DNA from: Yuukianura sp. NJ FZ-2021
Taxonomy: Eukaryota
Length of the DNA: 64,000 nt
Direction: 5' to 3'
Assembly (NCBI GenBank): GCA_046563655.1
Contig: CM102286.1
Coordinates: 5,146,001-5,210,000 of the forward strand
Shown: positions 13,993-26,782 of the stretch, in pieces
How the letters are laid out: every line of letters starts with the position of its first letter
Numbering within the stretch: the stretch's first letter is position 1
Program-made: the position numbers and the translations under genes
Notes under the pieces: generated by a model
Seen by the model: the letters and a program-made list of their open reading frames with translations, nothing else
The model's database searches: none
What the model was told of the DNA's origin: nothing

Positions 13993-14873
13993 CTGATGCC
14001 CTTGGTATTAAATGACACTGAACTCTAAAATTTTATGTAATGCCCTTGGTATTAAATGACACTGACCTCTAAAATTTTTTCTGATGCCCTTGGTATTAAA
14101 TGATACTGAACTCTAAAATTTTTTCTGATGCCCTTGATACTAAATGACACTGACCTCTAAAATTTTTTCTGATGCCCTTGGTATTAAATGACACTGAACT
14201 CTAAAATTTTATCTGATGGCCTTGGTATTAAATGACACTGAACTCTAAAATTTTATCTGATGGCCTTGGTATTAAATGACACTGAACTCTAAAATTTTAT
14301 GTAATGCCCTTGGTATTAAATGACACTGACCTCTAAAAATTTTTCTGATGCCCTTGGTATTAAATGACACTAACCTATAAAATTTTTTCTGATGCCCTTG
14401 ATACTAAATGACACTGAACTTTAAAATTTTATCTGATGCCCTTGGTATTAAATGACACTGAACTCTAAAATTTTATCTGATGGCCTTGGTATTAAATGAC
14501 ACTGAACTCTAAAATTTTATCTGATGGCCTTGGTATTAAATGACACTGAATTCTAAAATTTTATCTGATGCCCTTGGTATTAAATGACACTGAATTCTAA
14601 AATTTTATCTGATGCCCTTATTATTAAATGACACTGAACTCTAAAATTGATCTGATGCCCTTGGTATTAAATGATACTGAACTCTAAAATTTTATCTGAT
14701 GCCCTTGGTATTAAATGACACTGACCTCTAAAATTTTTTCTGATGCCCTTGGTATTAAATGACACTGACCTATAAAATTTTTTCTGATGCCCTTGGTATT
14801 AAATGACACTGAATTCTAAAATTCTATCTGATGCCCTTGGTACTAAATGACACTGAACTCTAAAATTTTATCT
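13993..14873. repeat. 44-bp tandem repeat, ~20 copies
   Basis: Consensus CTGATGCCCTTGGTATTAAATGACACTGAACTCTAAAATTTTAT is repeated head-to-tail with few substitutions and no spacers. Confidence 0.97.
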
Positions 14874-17800
14874 AACTAATGAGCACCTGTAAGTCCGGGA
14901 CTGCATTGCAACCGATAGTTTGTTGATTTCAAATTCCCTGACCGCATAGTTACGATCTAAGCTGTTAACACTAAAAATCCGCGATTGAATCCGCGGATAA
15001 AAGAATCCGCGTTGACGTGAGCACAAATCTGAATTTAAAAAGTGTGATTTTCCTACTAAACTTTTAACTTTTTGGAATTTGGAATTATGTCATTTAGAAA
15101 GAGTGATTTTCCTACTAAACTTTTAACTTTTTGGAATTTGGAATTATGCTGTTTAGAAGGAGTGATTTTTCTACTAAACTTTTAACTTTTTGGAATTTGG
15201 AATTATGCTATTTAGAAAGAGTGATTTTCCTACTAAACTTTTAACTTTTTGGAATTTGGATGTCATTTAGAAAGAGTGATTTTCCTACTAAACTTTTAAC
15301 TTTTTGGAATTTGGAATTATGTCATTTAGAAAGAGTGATTTTCCTACTAAACTTTTAACTTTTTGGAATTTGGAATTATGTCATTTAGAAAGAGTGATTT
15401 TCCTACTAAACTTTTAACTTTTTGGAATTTGGAATTATGTCATTTAGAAAGAGTGATTTTCCTACTAAACTTTTAACTTTTTGGAATTTGGAATTATGCT
15501 ATTTAGAAAGAGTGATTTTCCTACTAAACTTTTAACTTTTTGGAATTTGGAATTATGCTGTTTAGAAGGAGTGATTTTCCTACTAAACTTTTAACTTTTT
15601 GGAATTTGGAATTATGCTATTTAGAAAGAGTGATTTTCCTACTAAACTTTTAACTTTTTGGAATTTGGAATTATGCTGTTTAGAAGGAGTGATTTTCCTA
15701 CTAAACTTTTAACTTTTTGGAATTTGGAATTATGCTGTTTAGAAGGAGTGATTTTCCTACTAAACTTTTAACTTTTTGGAATTTGGAATTATGCTATTTA
15801 GAAAGAGTGATTTTCCTACTAAACTTTTAACTTTTTGGAATTTGGAATTATGCTATTTAGAAAGAGTGATTTTCCTACTAAACTTTTAACTTTTTGGAAT
15901 TTGGAATTATGCTATTTAGAAAAAGTGATTTTCCTACTAAACTTTTAACTTTTTGGAATTTGGAATTATGCTGTTTAGAAGGAGTGATTTTCCTACTAAA
16001 CTTTTAACTTTTTGGAATTTGGAATTATGCTATTTAGAAAGAGTGATTTTCCTACTAAACTTTTAACTTTTTGGAATTTGGAATTATGCTATTTAGAAAG
16101 AGTGATTTTCCTACTAAACTTTTAACTTTTTGGAATTTGGAATTATGCTATTTAGAATGAGTGATTTTCCTACTAAACTTTTAACTTTTTGGAATTTGGA
16201 ATTATGCTGTTTAGAAGGAGTGATTTTCCTACTAAACTTTTAACTTTTTGGAATTTGGAATTATGCTATTTAGAAAGAGTGATTTTCCTACTAAACTTTT
16301 AACTTTTTGGAATTTGGAATTATGCTATTTAGAAAGAGTGATTTTCCTACTAAACTTTTAACTTTTTGGAATTTGGAATTATGCTATTTAGAATGAGTGA
16401 TTTTCCTACTAAACTTTTAACTTTTTGGAATTTGGAATTATGTCAGAAAGAGTGATTTTCCTACTAAACTTTTAACTTTTTGGAATTTGGAATTATGCTG
16501 TTTAGAAGGAGTGATTTTCCTACTAAACTTTTAACTTTTTGGAATTTGGAATTATGCTGTTTAGAAGGAGTCATTTTCCTACTAAACTTTTAACTTTTTG
16601 GAATTTGGAATTATGCTATTTAGAAAGGGTGATTTTCCTACTAAACTTTTAACTTTTTGGAATTTGGAATTATGCTGTTTAGAAGGAGTGATTTTCCTAC
16701 TAAACTTTTAACTTTTTGGAATTTGGAATTATGCTATTTAGAAAGAGTGATTTTCCTACTAAACTTTTAACTTTTTGGAATTTGGAATTATGCTATTTAG
16801 AAAGAGTGATTTTCCTACTAAACTTTTAACTTTTTGGAATTTGGAATTATGCTATTTAGAAAAAGTGATTTTCCTACTAAACTTTTAACTTTTTGGAATT
16901 TGGAATTATGCTATTTAGAAAGAGTGATTTTCCTACTAAACTTTTAACTTTTTGGAATTTGGAATTATGCTGTTTAGAAGGAGTGATTTTCCTACTAAAC
17001 TTTTAACTTTTTGGAATTTGGAATTATGCTGTTTAGAAGGAGTGATTTTCCTACTAAACTTTTAACTTTTTGGAATTTGGAATTATGCTATTTAGAAAGA
17101 GTGATTTTCCTACTAAACTTTTAACTTTTTGGAATTTGGAATTATGCTGTTTAGAAAGAGTGATTTTCCTACTAAACTTTTAACTTTTTGGAATTTGGAA
17201 TTATGTTATTTAGAAAGAGTGATTTTCCTACTAAACTTTCAACTTTTTGGAATTTGGAATTATGGTATTTAGAAAGAGTGATTTTCCTACTAAACTTTTA
17301 ACTTTTTGGAATTTGGAATTATGCTGTTTAGAAGGAGTGATTTTCCTACTAAACTTTTACCTTTTTGGAATTTGGAATTATGCTATTTAGAAAGAGTGAT
17401 TTTCCTACTAAACTTTTAACTTTTTGGAATTTGGAATTATGTCATTTAGAAAGAGTGATTTTCCTACTAAACTTTTAACTTTTTGGAATTTGGAATTATG
17501 CTATTTAGAAAGAGTGATTTTCCTACTAAACTTTTAACTTTTTGGAATTTGGAATTATGTCATTTAGAAAGAGTGATTTTCCTACTAAACTTTTAACTTT
17601 TTGGAATTTGGAATTATGCTGTTTAGAAGGAGTGATTTTCCTACTAAACTTTTAACTTTTTGGAATTTGGAATTATGCTATTTAGAAAGAGTGATTTTCC
17701 TACTAAAGTTTTAACTTTTTGGAATTTGGAATTATGCTGTTTAGAAGGAGTGATTTTCCTACTAAACTTTTAACTTTTTGGAATTTGGAATTATGCTGTT

Positions 17801-20187
17801 TAGAAGGAGTGATTTTCCTACTAAACTTTTAACTTTTTGGAATTTGGAATTATGCTATTTAGAAAGAGTGATTTTCCTACTAAACTTTTAACTTTTTTGT
17901 AATTTGGAATTATGCTATTTAGAAAGAGTGATTTTCCTACTAAACTTTTAACGTTTTGGAATTTGGAATTATGCTATTTAGAAAGAGTGATTTTCCTACT
18001 AAACTTTTAACTTTTTGGAATTTGGAATTATGCTGTTTAGAAGGAGTGATTTTCCTACTAAACTTTTAACTTTTTGGAATTTGGAATTATGCTATTTAGA
18101 AAGAGTGATTTTCCTACTAAACTTTTAACTTTTTGGAATTTGGAATTATGCTATTTAGAAAGAGTGATTTTCCTACTAAACTTTTAACTTTTTTGTAATT
18201 TGGAATTATGCTATTTAGAAAGAGTGATTTTCCTACTAAACTTTTAACTTTTTGGAATTTGGAATTATGCTATTTAGAAAGAGTGATTTTCCTACTAAAC
18301 TATTAACTTTTTGGAATTTGGAATTATGCTATTTAGAAAGAGTGATTTTCCTACTAAACTTTTAACTTTTTGGAATTTGGAATTATGCTGTTTAGAAGGA
18401 GTGATTTTCCTACTAAACTTTTAACTTTTTGGAATTTGGAATTATGCTATTTAGAAAGAGTGATTTTCCTACTAAACTTTTAACTTTTTGGAATTTGGAA
18501 TTATGTCATTCAGAAAAAGTGATTTTCCTGCTAAACTTTTAACTTTTTGGAATTTGGAATTATGCTATTTAGAAAGAGTGATTTTCCTACTAAACTTTTA
18601 ACTTTTTGGAATTTGGAATTATGCTATTTAGAAAGAGTGATTTTCCTACTAAACTTTTAAGTTTTTGGAATTTGGAATTATGTCATTTAGAAAGAGTGAT
18701 TTTCCTACTAAACTTTTAACTTTTTGGAATTTGGAATTATGCTATTTAGAAAGAGTGATTTTCCTACTAAACTTTTAACTTTTTGGCATTTGGAATTATG
18801 CTGTTTAGAAGGAGTGATTTTCCTACTAAACTTTTAACTTTTTGGAATTTGGAATTATGCTGTTTAGAAGGAGTGATTTTCCTACTAAACTTTTAACTTT
18901 TTGGAATTTGGAATTATGCTATTTAGAAAGAGTGATTTTCCTACTAAACTTTTAACTTTTTGGAATTTGGAATTATGCTGTTTAGAAAGAGTGATTTTCC
19001 TACTAAACTTTTAACTTTTTGGAATTTGGAATTATGCTATTTAGAAAGAGTGATTTTCCTACTAAACTTTTAACTTTTTGGAATTTGGAATTATGCTATT
19101 TAGAAAGAGTGATTTTCCTACTAAACTTTTAACTTTTTTGTAATTTGGAATTATGCTATTTAGAAAGAGTGATTTTCCTACTAAACTTTTAACTTTTTGG
19201 AATTTGGAATTATGCTATTTAGAAAGAGTGATTTTCCTACTAAACTTTTAACTTTTTGGAATTTGGAATTATGCTATTTAGAAAGAGTGATTTTCCTACT
19301 AAACTTTTAACTTTTTGGAATTTGGAATTATGCTATTTAGAAAGAGTGATTTTCCTACTAAACTTTTAACTTTTTGGAATTTGGAATTATGCTGTTTAGA
19401 AGGAGTGATTTTCCTACTAAACTTTTAACTTTTTGGAATTTGGAATTATGCTATTTAGAAAGAGTGATTTTCCTACTAAACTTTTAACTTTTTGGAATTT
19501 GGAATTATGCTATTTAGAAAGAGTGATTTTCCTACTAAACTTTTAACTTTTTTGTAATTTGGAATTATGCTATTTAGAAAGAGTGATTTTCCTACTAAAC
19601 TTTTAACTTTTTGGAATTTGGAATTATGCTATTTAGAAAGAGTGATTTTCCTACTAAACTTTTAACTTTTTGGAATTTGGAATTATGCTATTTAGAAAGA
19701 GTGATTTTTCTACTAAACTTTTAACTTTTTGGAATTTGGAATTATGTCATTCAGAAAAAGTGATTTTCCTGCTAAACTTTTAACTTTTTGGAATTTGGAA
19801 TTATGCTATTTAGAAAGAGTGATTTTCCTACTAAACTTTTAACTTTTTGGAATTTGGAATTATGCTATTTAGAAAGAGTGATTTTCCTACTAAACTTTTA
19901 ACTTTTTGGAATTTGGAATTATGTCATTTAGAAAGAGTGATTTTCCTACTAAACTTTTAACTTTTTGGAATTTGGAATTATGCTATTTAGAAAGAGTGAT
20001 TTTCCTACTAAACTTTTAACTTTTTGGAATTTGGAATTATGCTATTTAGAAAGAGTGATTTTCCTACTAAACTTTTAACTTTTTTGTAATTTGGAATTAT
20101 GCTATTTAGAAAGAGTGATTTTCCTACTAAACTTTTAACTTTTTTGTAATTTGGAATTATGCTATTTAGAAAGAGTGATTTTCCTAC

Positions 20188-20487
20188 TGAAAGTACGTGT
20201 GACTGTTTATGTGTATGAATTGTCCTGTTACCAAGAAAATGACTGGAGAAAACCCGAGAACCGAAGATGTGAATGACCGTTAGATTTATTATTGAGAGAA
20301 AAGCAAAAATGAGATGCTGCTCCTAGCAGAGTCAAAAGAGTACTGAAGTTACAAATTGAATATGCCTAAAGTAATGGTAGCTTAGCTTATGGCAGAAATA
20401 CATAAAACCAAAAATACACAAATTAAGAATGAAAACAAATGAGTCAAATATTATAAGAAAATGAGTAAACTAGTGTACGTCCGTTCA
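20188..20487 (-). mobile_element. Solo LTR, 300 bp, inserted in the satellite
   Basis: TGAA...TTCA termini and 5-bp TSD CCTAC (20183-20187, 20488-20492). AATAAA on the minus strand near 20285-20290 suggests the orientation. Confidence 0.8.
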
Positions 20488-23400
20488 CCTACTAAACTTT
20501 TAACTTTTTGGAATTTGGAATTATGCTATTTAGAAAGAGTGATTTTCCTACTAAACTATTAACTTTTTGGAATTTGGAATTATGCTATTTAGAAAGAGTG
20601 ATTTTCCTACTAAACTTTTAACTTTTTGGAATTTGGAATTATGCTGTTTAGAAGGAGTGATTTTCCTACTAAACTTTTAACTTTTTGGAATTTGGAATTA
20701 TGCTATTTAGAAAGAGTGATTTTCCTACTAAACTTTTAACTTTTTGGAATTTGGAATTATGTCATTCAGAAAAAGTGATTTTCCTGCTAAACTTTTAACT
20801 TTTTGGAATTTGGAATTATGCTATTTAGAAAGAGTGATTTTCCTACTAAACTTTTAACTTTTTGGAATTTGGAATTATGCTATTTAGAAAGAGTGATTTT
20901 CCTACTAAACTTTTAACTTTTTGGAATTTGGAATTATGTCATTTAGAAAGAGTGATTTTCCTACTAAACTTTTAACTTTTTGGAATTTGGAATTATGCTA
21001 TTTAGAAAGAGTGATTTTCCTACTAAACTTTTAACTTTTTGGAATTTGGAATTATGCTATTTAGAAAGAGTGATTTTCCTACTAAACTTTTAACTTTTTG
21101 GAATTTGGAATTATGCTGTTTAGAAGGAGTGATTTTCCTACTAAACTTTTAACTTTTTGGAATTTGGAATTATGCTGTTTAGAAGGAGTGATTTTCCTAC
21201 TAAACTTTTAACTTTTTGGAATTTGGAATTATGCTATTTAGAAAGAGTGATTTTCCTACTAAACTTTTAACTTTTTGGAATTTGGAATTATGCTATTTAG
21301 AAAGAGTGATTTTCCTACTAAACTTTTAACTTTTTGGAATTTGGAATTATGCTGTTTAGAAGGAGTGATTTTCCTACTAAACTTTTAACTTTTTGGAATT
21401 TGGAATTATGCTATTTAGAAAGAGTGATTTTCCTACTAAACTTTTAACTTTTTGGAATTTGGAATTATGCTATTTAGAAAGAGTGATTTTCCTACTAAAC
21501 TTTTAACTTTTTTGTAATTTGGAATTATGCTATTTAGAAAGAGTGATTTTCCTACTAAACTTTTAACTTTTTGGAATTTGGAATTATGCTATTTAGAAAG
21601 AGTGATTTTCCTACTAAACTTTTAACTTTTTTGTAATTTGGAATTATGCTATTTAGAAAGAGTGATTTTCCTACTAAACTGTTAACTTTTTGGAATTTGG
21701 AATTATGTGATTTAGAAAGAGTGATTTTCCTACTAAACTTTTAACTTTTTGGAATTTGGAATTATGCTGTTTAGAAGGAGTGATTTTCCTACTAAACTTT
21801 TAACTTTTTGGAATTTGGAATTATGCTATTTAGAAAGAGTGATTTTCCTACTAAACTGTTAACTTTTTGGAATTTGGAATTATGTCATTTAGAAAGATTG
21901 ATTTTCCTACTAAACTTTTAACTTTTTGGAATTTGGAATTATGCTATTTAGAAGGAGTGATTTTCCTACTAAACTTTTAACTTTTTGGAATTTGGAATTA
22001 TGCTGTTTAGAAGGAGTGATTTTCCTACTAAACTTTTAACTTTTATGGAATTTGGAATTATGCTATTTAGAAAGAGTGATTTTCCTACTAAACTTTTAAC
22101 TTTTTGGAATTTGGAATTATGTCATTTAGAAAGAGTGATTTTCCTACTAAACTTTTAACTTTTTGGAATTTGGAATTATGCTATTTAGAAAGAGTGATTT
22201 TCCTACTAAACTTTTAACTTTTTGGAATTTGGAATTATGCTGTTTAGAAGGAGTGATTTTCCTACTAAACTTTTAACTTTTTGGAATTTGGAATTATGCT
22301 ATTTAGAAAGAGTGATTTTCCTACTAAACTTTTAACTTTTTGGAATTTGGAATTATGCTGTTTAGAAGGAGTGATTTTCCTACTAAACTTTTAACTTTTT
22401 GGAATTTGGAATTATGCTATTTAGAAAGAGTGATTTTCCTACTAAACTTTTAACTTTTTGGAATTTGGAATTATGCTATTTACAAAGAGTGATTTTCCTA
22501 CTAAACTTTTAACTTTTTGGAATTTGGAATTATGCTGTTTAGAAGGAGTGATTTTCCTACTAAACTTTTAACTTTTTGGAATTTGGAATTATGCTATTTA
22601 GAAAGAGTGATTTTCCTACTAAACTTTTAACTTTTTGGAATTTGGAATTATGCTATTTAGAAAGAGTGATTTTCCTACTAAACTTTTAACTTTTTTGTAA
22701 TTTGGAATTATGCTATTTAGAAAGAGTGATTTTCCTACTAAACTTTTAACTTTTTGGAATTTGGAATTATGCTATTTAGAAAGAGTGATTTTCCTACTAA
22801 ACTATTAACTTTTTGGAATTTGGAATTATGCTATTTAGAAAGAGTGATTTTCCTACTAAACTTTTAACTTTTTGGAATTTGGAATTATGCTGTTTAGAAG
22901 GAGTGATTTTCCTACTAAACTTTTAACTTTTTGGAATTTGGAATTATGCTATTTAGAAAGAGTGATTTTCCTACTAAACTTTTAACTTTTTGGAATTTGG
23001 AATTATGTCATTCAGAAAAAGTGATTTTCCTGCTAAACTTTTAACTTTTTGGAATTTGGAATTATGCTATTTAGAAAGAGTGATTTTCCTACTAAACTTT
23101 TAACTTTTTGGAATTTGGAATTATGCTATTTAGAAAGAGTGATTTTCCTACTAAACTTTTAACTTTTTGGAATTTGGAATTATGTCATTTAGAAAGAGTG
23201 ATTTTCCTACTAAACTTTTAACTTTTTGGAATTTGGAATTATGTCATTTAGAAAGAGTGATTTTCCTACTAAACTTTTAACTTTTTGGAATTTGGAATTA
23301 TGCTATTTAGAAAGAGTGATTTTCCTACTAAACTTTTAACTTTTTGGAATTTGGAATTATGCTGTTTAGAAGGAGTGATTTTCCTACTAAACTTTTAACT

Positions 23401-25997
23401 TTTTGGAATTTGGAATTATGCTATTTAGAAAGAGTGATTTTCCTACTAAACTTTTAACTTTTTGGAATTTGGAATTATGCTATTTAGAAAGAGTGATTTT
23501 CCTACTAAACTGTTAACTTTTTGGAATTTGGAATTATGTCATTTAGAAAGAGTGATTTTCCTACTAAACTTTTAACTTTTTGGAATTTGGAATTATGCTG
23601 TTTAGAAGGAGTGATTTTCCTACTAAACTTTTACCTTTTTGGAATTTGGAATTATGCTGTTTAGAAGGAGTGATTTTCCTACTAAACTTTTAACTTTTAT
23701 GGAATTTGGAATTATGCTATTTAGAAAGAGTGATTTTCCTACTAAACTTTTAACTTTTTGGAATTTGGAATTATGTCATTTAGAAAGAGTGATTTTCCTA
23801 CTAAACTTTTAACTTTTTGGAATTTGGAATTATGCTATTTAGAAAGAGTGATTTTCCTACTAAACTTTTAACTTTTTGGAATTTGGAATTATGCTGTTTA
23901 GAAGGAGTGATTTTCCTACTAAACTTTTAACTTTTTGGAATTTGGAATTATGCTGTTTAGAAGGAGTGATTTTCCTACTAAACTTTTAACTTTTTGGAAT
24001 TTGGAATTATGCTATTTAGAAAGAGTGATTTTCCTACTAAACTTTTAACTTTTTGGAATTTGGAATTATGTCATTTAGAAAGAGTGATTTTCCTACTAAA
24101 CTTTTAACTTTTTGGAATTTGGAATTATGTCATTTAGAAAAAGTGATTTTCCTACTAAACTTTCAACTTTTTGGAATTTGGAATTATGCTGTTTAGAAGG
24201 AGTGATTTTCCTACTAAACTTTTAACTTTTTGGAATTTGGAATTATGCTATTTAGAAAAAGTGATTTTCCTACTAAACTTTTAACTTTTTGGAATTTGGA
24301 ATTATGTCATTTAGAAAGAGTGATTTTCCTACTAAACTTTTAACTTTTTGGAATTTGGAATTATGCTATTTAGAAAGAGTGATTTTCCTACTAAACTTTT
24401 AACTTTTTGGAATTTGGAATTATGCTGTTTAGAAGGAGTGATTTTTATACTAAACTTTTAACTTTTTGGAATTTGGAATTATGCTATTTAGAAAGAGTGA
24501 TTTTCCTACTAAACTTTTAACTTTTTGGAATTTGGAATTATGTCATTTAGAAAGAGTGATTTTCCTACTAAACTTTTAACTTTTTGGAATTTGGAATTAT
24601 GCTGTTTAGAAAGAGTGATTTTCCTACTAAACTTTTAACTTTTTGGAATTTGGAATTATGCTATTTAGAAAGAGTGATTTTCCTACTAAACTTTTAACTT
24701 TTTTGTAATTTGGAATTATGCTGTTTAGAAGGAGTGATTTTCCTACTAAACTTTTAACTTTTTGGAATTTGGAATTATGCTATTTAGAAAGAGTGATTTT
24801 CCTACTAAACTTTTAACTTTTTGGAATTTGGAATTATGCTGTTTAGAAGGAGTGATTTTCCTACTAAACTTTTAACTTTTTGGAATTTGGAATTATGCTA
24901 TTTAGAAAGAGTGATTTTCCTACTAAACTTTTAACTTTTTTGTAATTTGGAATTATGCTGTTTAGAAGGAGTGATTTTCCTACTAAACTTTTAACTTTTT
25001 GGAATTTGGAATTATGCTATTTAGAAAGAGTGATTTTCCTACTAAACTTTTAACTTTTTGGAATTTGGAATTATGCTGTTTAGAAGGAGTGATTTTTATA
25101 CTAAACTTTTAACTTTTTGGAATTTGGAATTATGCTATTTAGAAAGAGTGATTTTCCTACTAAACTTTTAACTTTTTGGAATTTGGAATTATGTCATTTA
25201 GAAAGAGTGATTTTCCTACTAAACTTTTAACTTTTTGGAATTTGGAATTATGCTATTTAGAAAGAGTGATTTTCCTACTAAACTTTTAACTTTTTGGAAT
25301 TTGGAATTATGCTGTTTAGAAGGAGTGATTTTTATACTAAACTTTTAACTTTTTGGAATTTGGAATTATGCTATTTAGAAAGAGTGATTTTCCTACTAAA
25401 CTTTTAACTTTTTGGAATTTGGAATTATGTCATTTAGAAAGAGTGATTTTCCTACTAAACTTTTAACTTTTTGGAATTTGGAATTATGTCATTTAGAAAG
25501 AGTGATTTTCCTACTAAACTTTTAACTTTTTGGAATTTGGAATTATGCTATTTAGACAGAGTGATAGTGATTTTCCTACTAAACTTTTAACTTTTTGGAA
25601 TTTGGAATTATGCTATTTAGAAAGAGTGATTTTCCTACTAAACTTTTAACTTTTTGGAATTTGGAATTATGCTATTTAGAAAGAGTGATTTTCCTACTAA
25701 ACTTTTAACTTTTTGGAATTTGGAATTATGCTATTTAGAAAGAGTGATTTTCCTACTAAACTTTTAACTTTTTGGAATTTGGAATTACGCTATTTAGAAA
25801 GAGTGATTTTCCTACTAAACTTTTAACTTTTTGGAATTTGGAATTACGCTATTTAGAAAGAGTGATTTTCCTACTAAACTTTGTGGCGATTGGACAGCAA
25901 GTCCCCACTGCCAATCGCCAGGATGGAGAGTGTACGAAGTGGCCCGTGTCTCACTCCCATCACATACACCAGTTCCCTTCCCTTGACAAGCCAGATC

Positions 25998-26070
25998 GAA
26001 CCGGTAGCTCAATTGGTAGAGAGCATCTTCCCGGATTGAAGAGGTGTGGGTTCGAGTCCCACTCGGTTCC
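25998..26070 (+). ncRNA. tRNA-like cloverleaf within LTR (copies at 26301, 26604, 30938, 31241, 31544); nominal anticodon GGA, probably not a translational tRNA
   Basis: Acceptor GAACCGG/TCGGTTC, D stem GCTC/GAGC, anticodon stem TCTTC/GAAGA with loop CCGGATT, T arm GTGGG-TTCGAGT-CCCAC. Box A TAGCTCAATTGG and box B GGTTCGAGTCC, followed by T6. Atypical C33, 3-nt variable loop and C discriminator. Confidence 0.85.
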
Positions 26071-26074
26071 TTTA

Positions 26075-26080
26075 TTTTTT
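26075..26080 (+). terminator. Putative Pol III terminator (T6) after the tRNA-like unit, present in all six LTRs
   Basis: TTTATTTTTT lies immediately 3' of the acceptor stem. Confidence 0.55.
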
Positions 26081-26782
26081 CTGGCTTGTCCTTTGTTTCC
26101 CCTTTATCCCTCTCCCTAGTCCTCACATATGGCGCCCGACGCCGGGCGTACCGACCCGGCCGGAGGACTTTGGGGGCGGGGTGGTGTGGCGATTGGACAG
26201 CAAGTCCCCACTGCCAATCGCCAGGATGGAGAGTGTACGAAGTGGCCCGTGTCTCACTCCCATCACATACACCAGTTCCCTTCCCTTGACAAGCCAGATC
26301 GAACCGGTAGCTCAATTGGTAGAGAGCATCTTCCCGGATTGAAGAGGTGTGGGTTCGAGTCCCACTCGGTTCCTTTATTTTTTCTGGCTTGTCCTTTGTT
26401 TCCCCTTTATCCCTCTCCCTAGTCCTCACATATGGCGCCCGACGCCGGGCGTACCGACCCGGCCGGAGGACTTTGGGGGCGGGGTGGTGTGGCGATTGGA
26501 CAGCAAGTCCCCACTGCCAATCGCCAGGATGGAGAGTGTACGAAGTGGCCCGTGTCTCACTCCCATCACATACACCAGTTCCCTTCCCTTGACAAGCCAG
26601 ATCGAACCGGTAGCTCAATTGGTAGAGAGCATCTTCCCGGATTGAAGAGGTGTGGGTTCGAGTCCCACTCGGTTCCTTTATTTTTTCTGGCTTGTCCTTT
26701 GTTTCCCCTTTATCCCTCTCCCTAGTCCTCACAACTTTTAACTTTTTGGAATTTGGAATTATGCTGTTTAGAAGGAGTGATT

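Larger units (their letters stand above)
25882..26733 (+). mobile_element. Tandem three-LTR TRIM with tRNA-like sequence in each LTR (Helenus-like), copy 1
   Basis: Three identical 246-bp LTRs (25882-26127, 26185-26430, 26488-26733) with TGTG...CACA ends. Two 57-bp internal regions, each with PBS TGGCGCCCGA 2 nt after the LTR and a G-rich PPT-like tract before the next LTR. 4-bp TSD ACTT (25878-25881, 26734-26737). Confidence 0.92.

Noticed and set aside
25998..26070. Functional tRNA-Ser(GGA) gene cluster
   Set aside because: It lacks U33, the long variable arm and G73, and all six copies are parts of LTRs.
26055..26146. Self-priming of reverse transcription by the element's own tRNA-like RNA
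   Set aside because: Its 3' end (..CTCGGTTCC+CCA) would need a PBS TGGGGAACCGAG, but the actual PBS is TGGCGCCCGA, which is tRNA-Lys-like.
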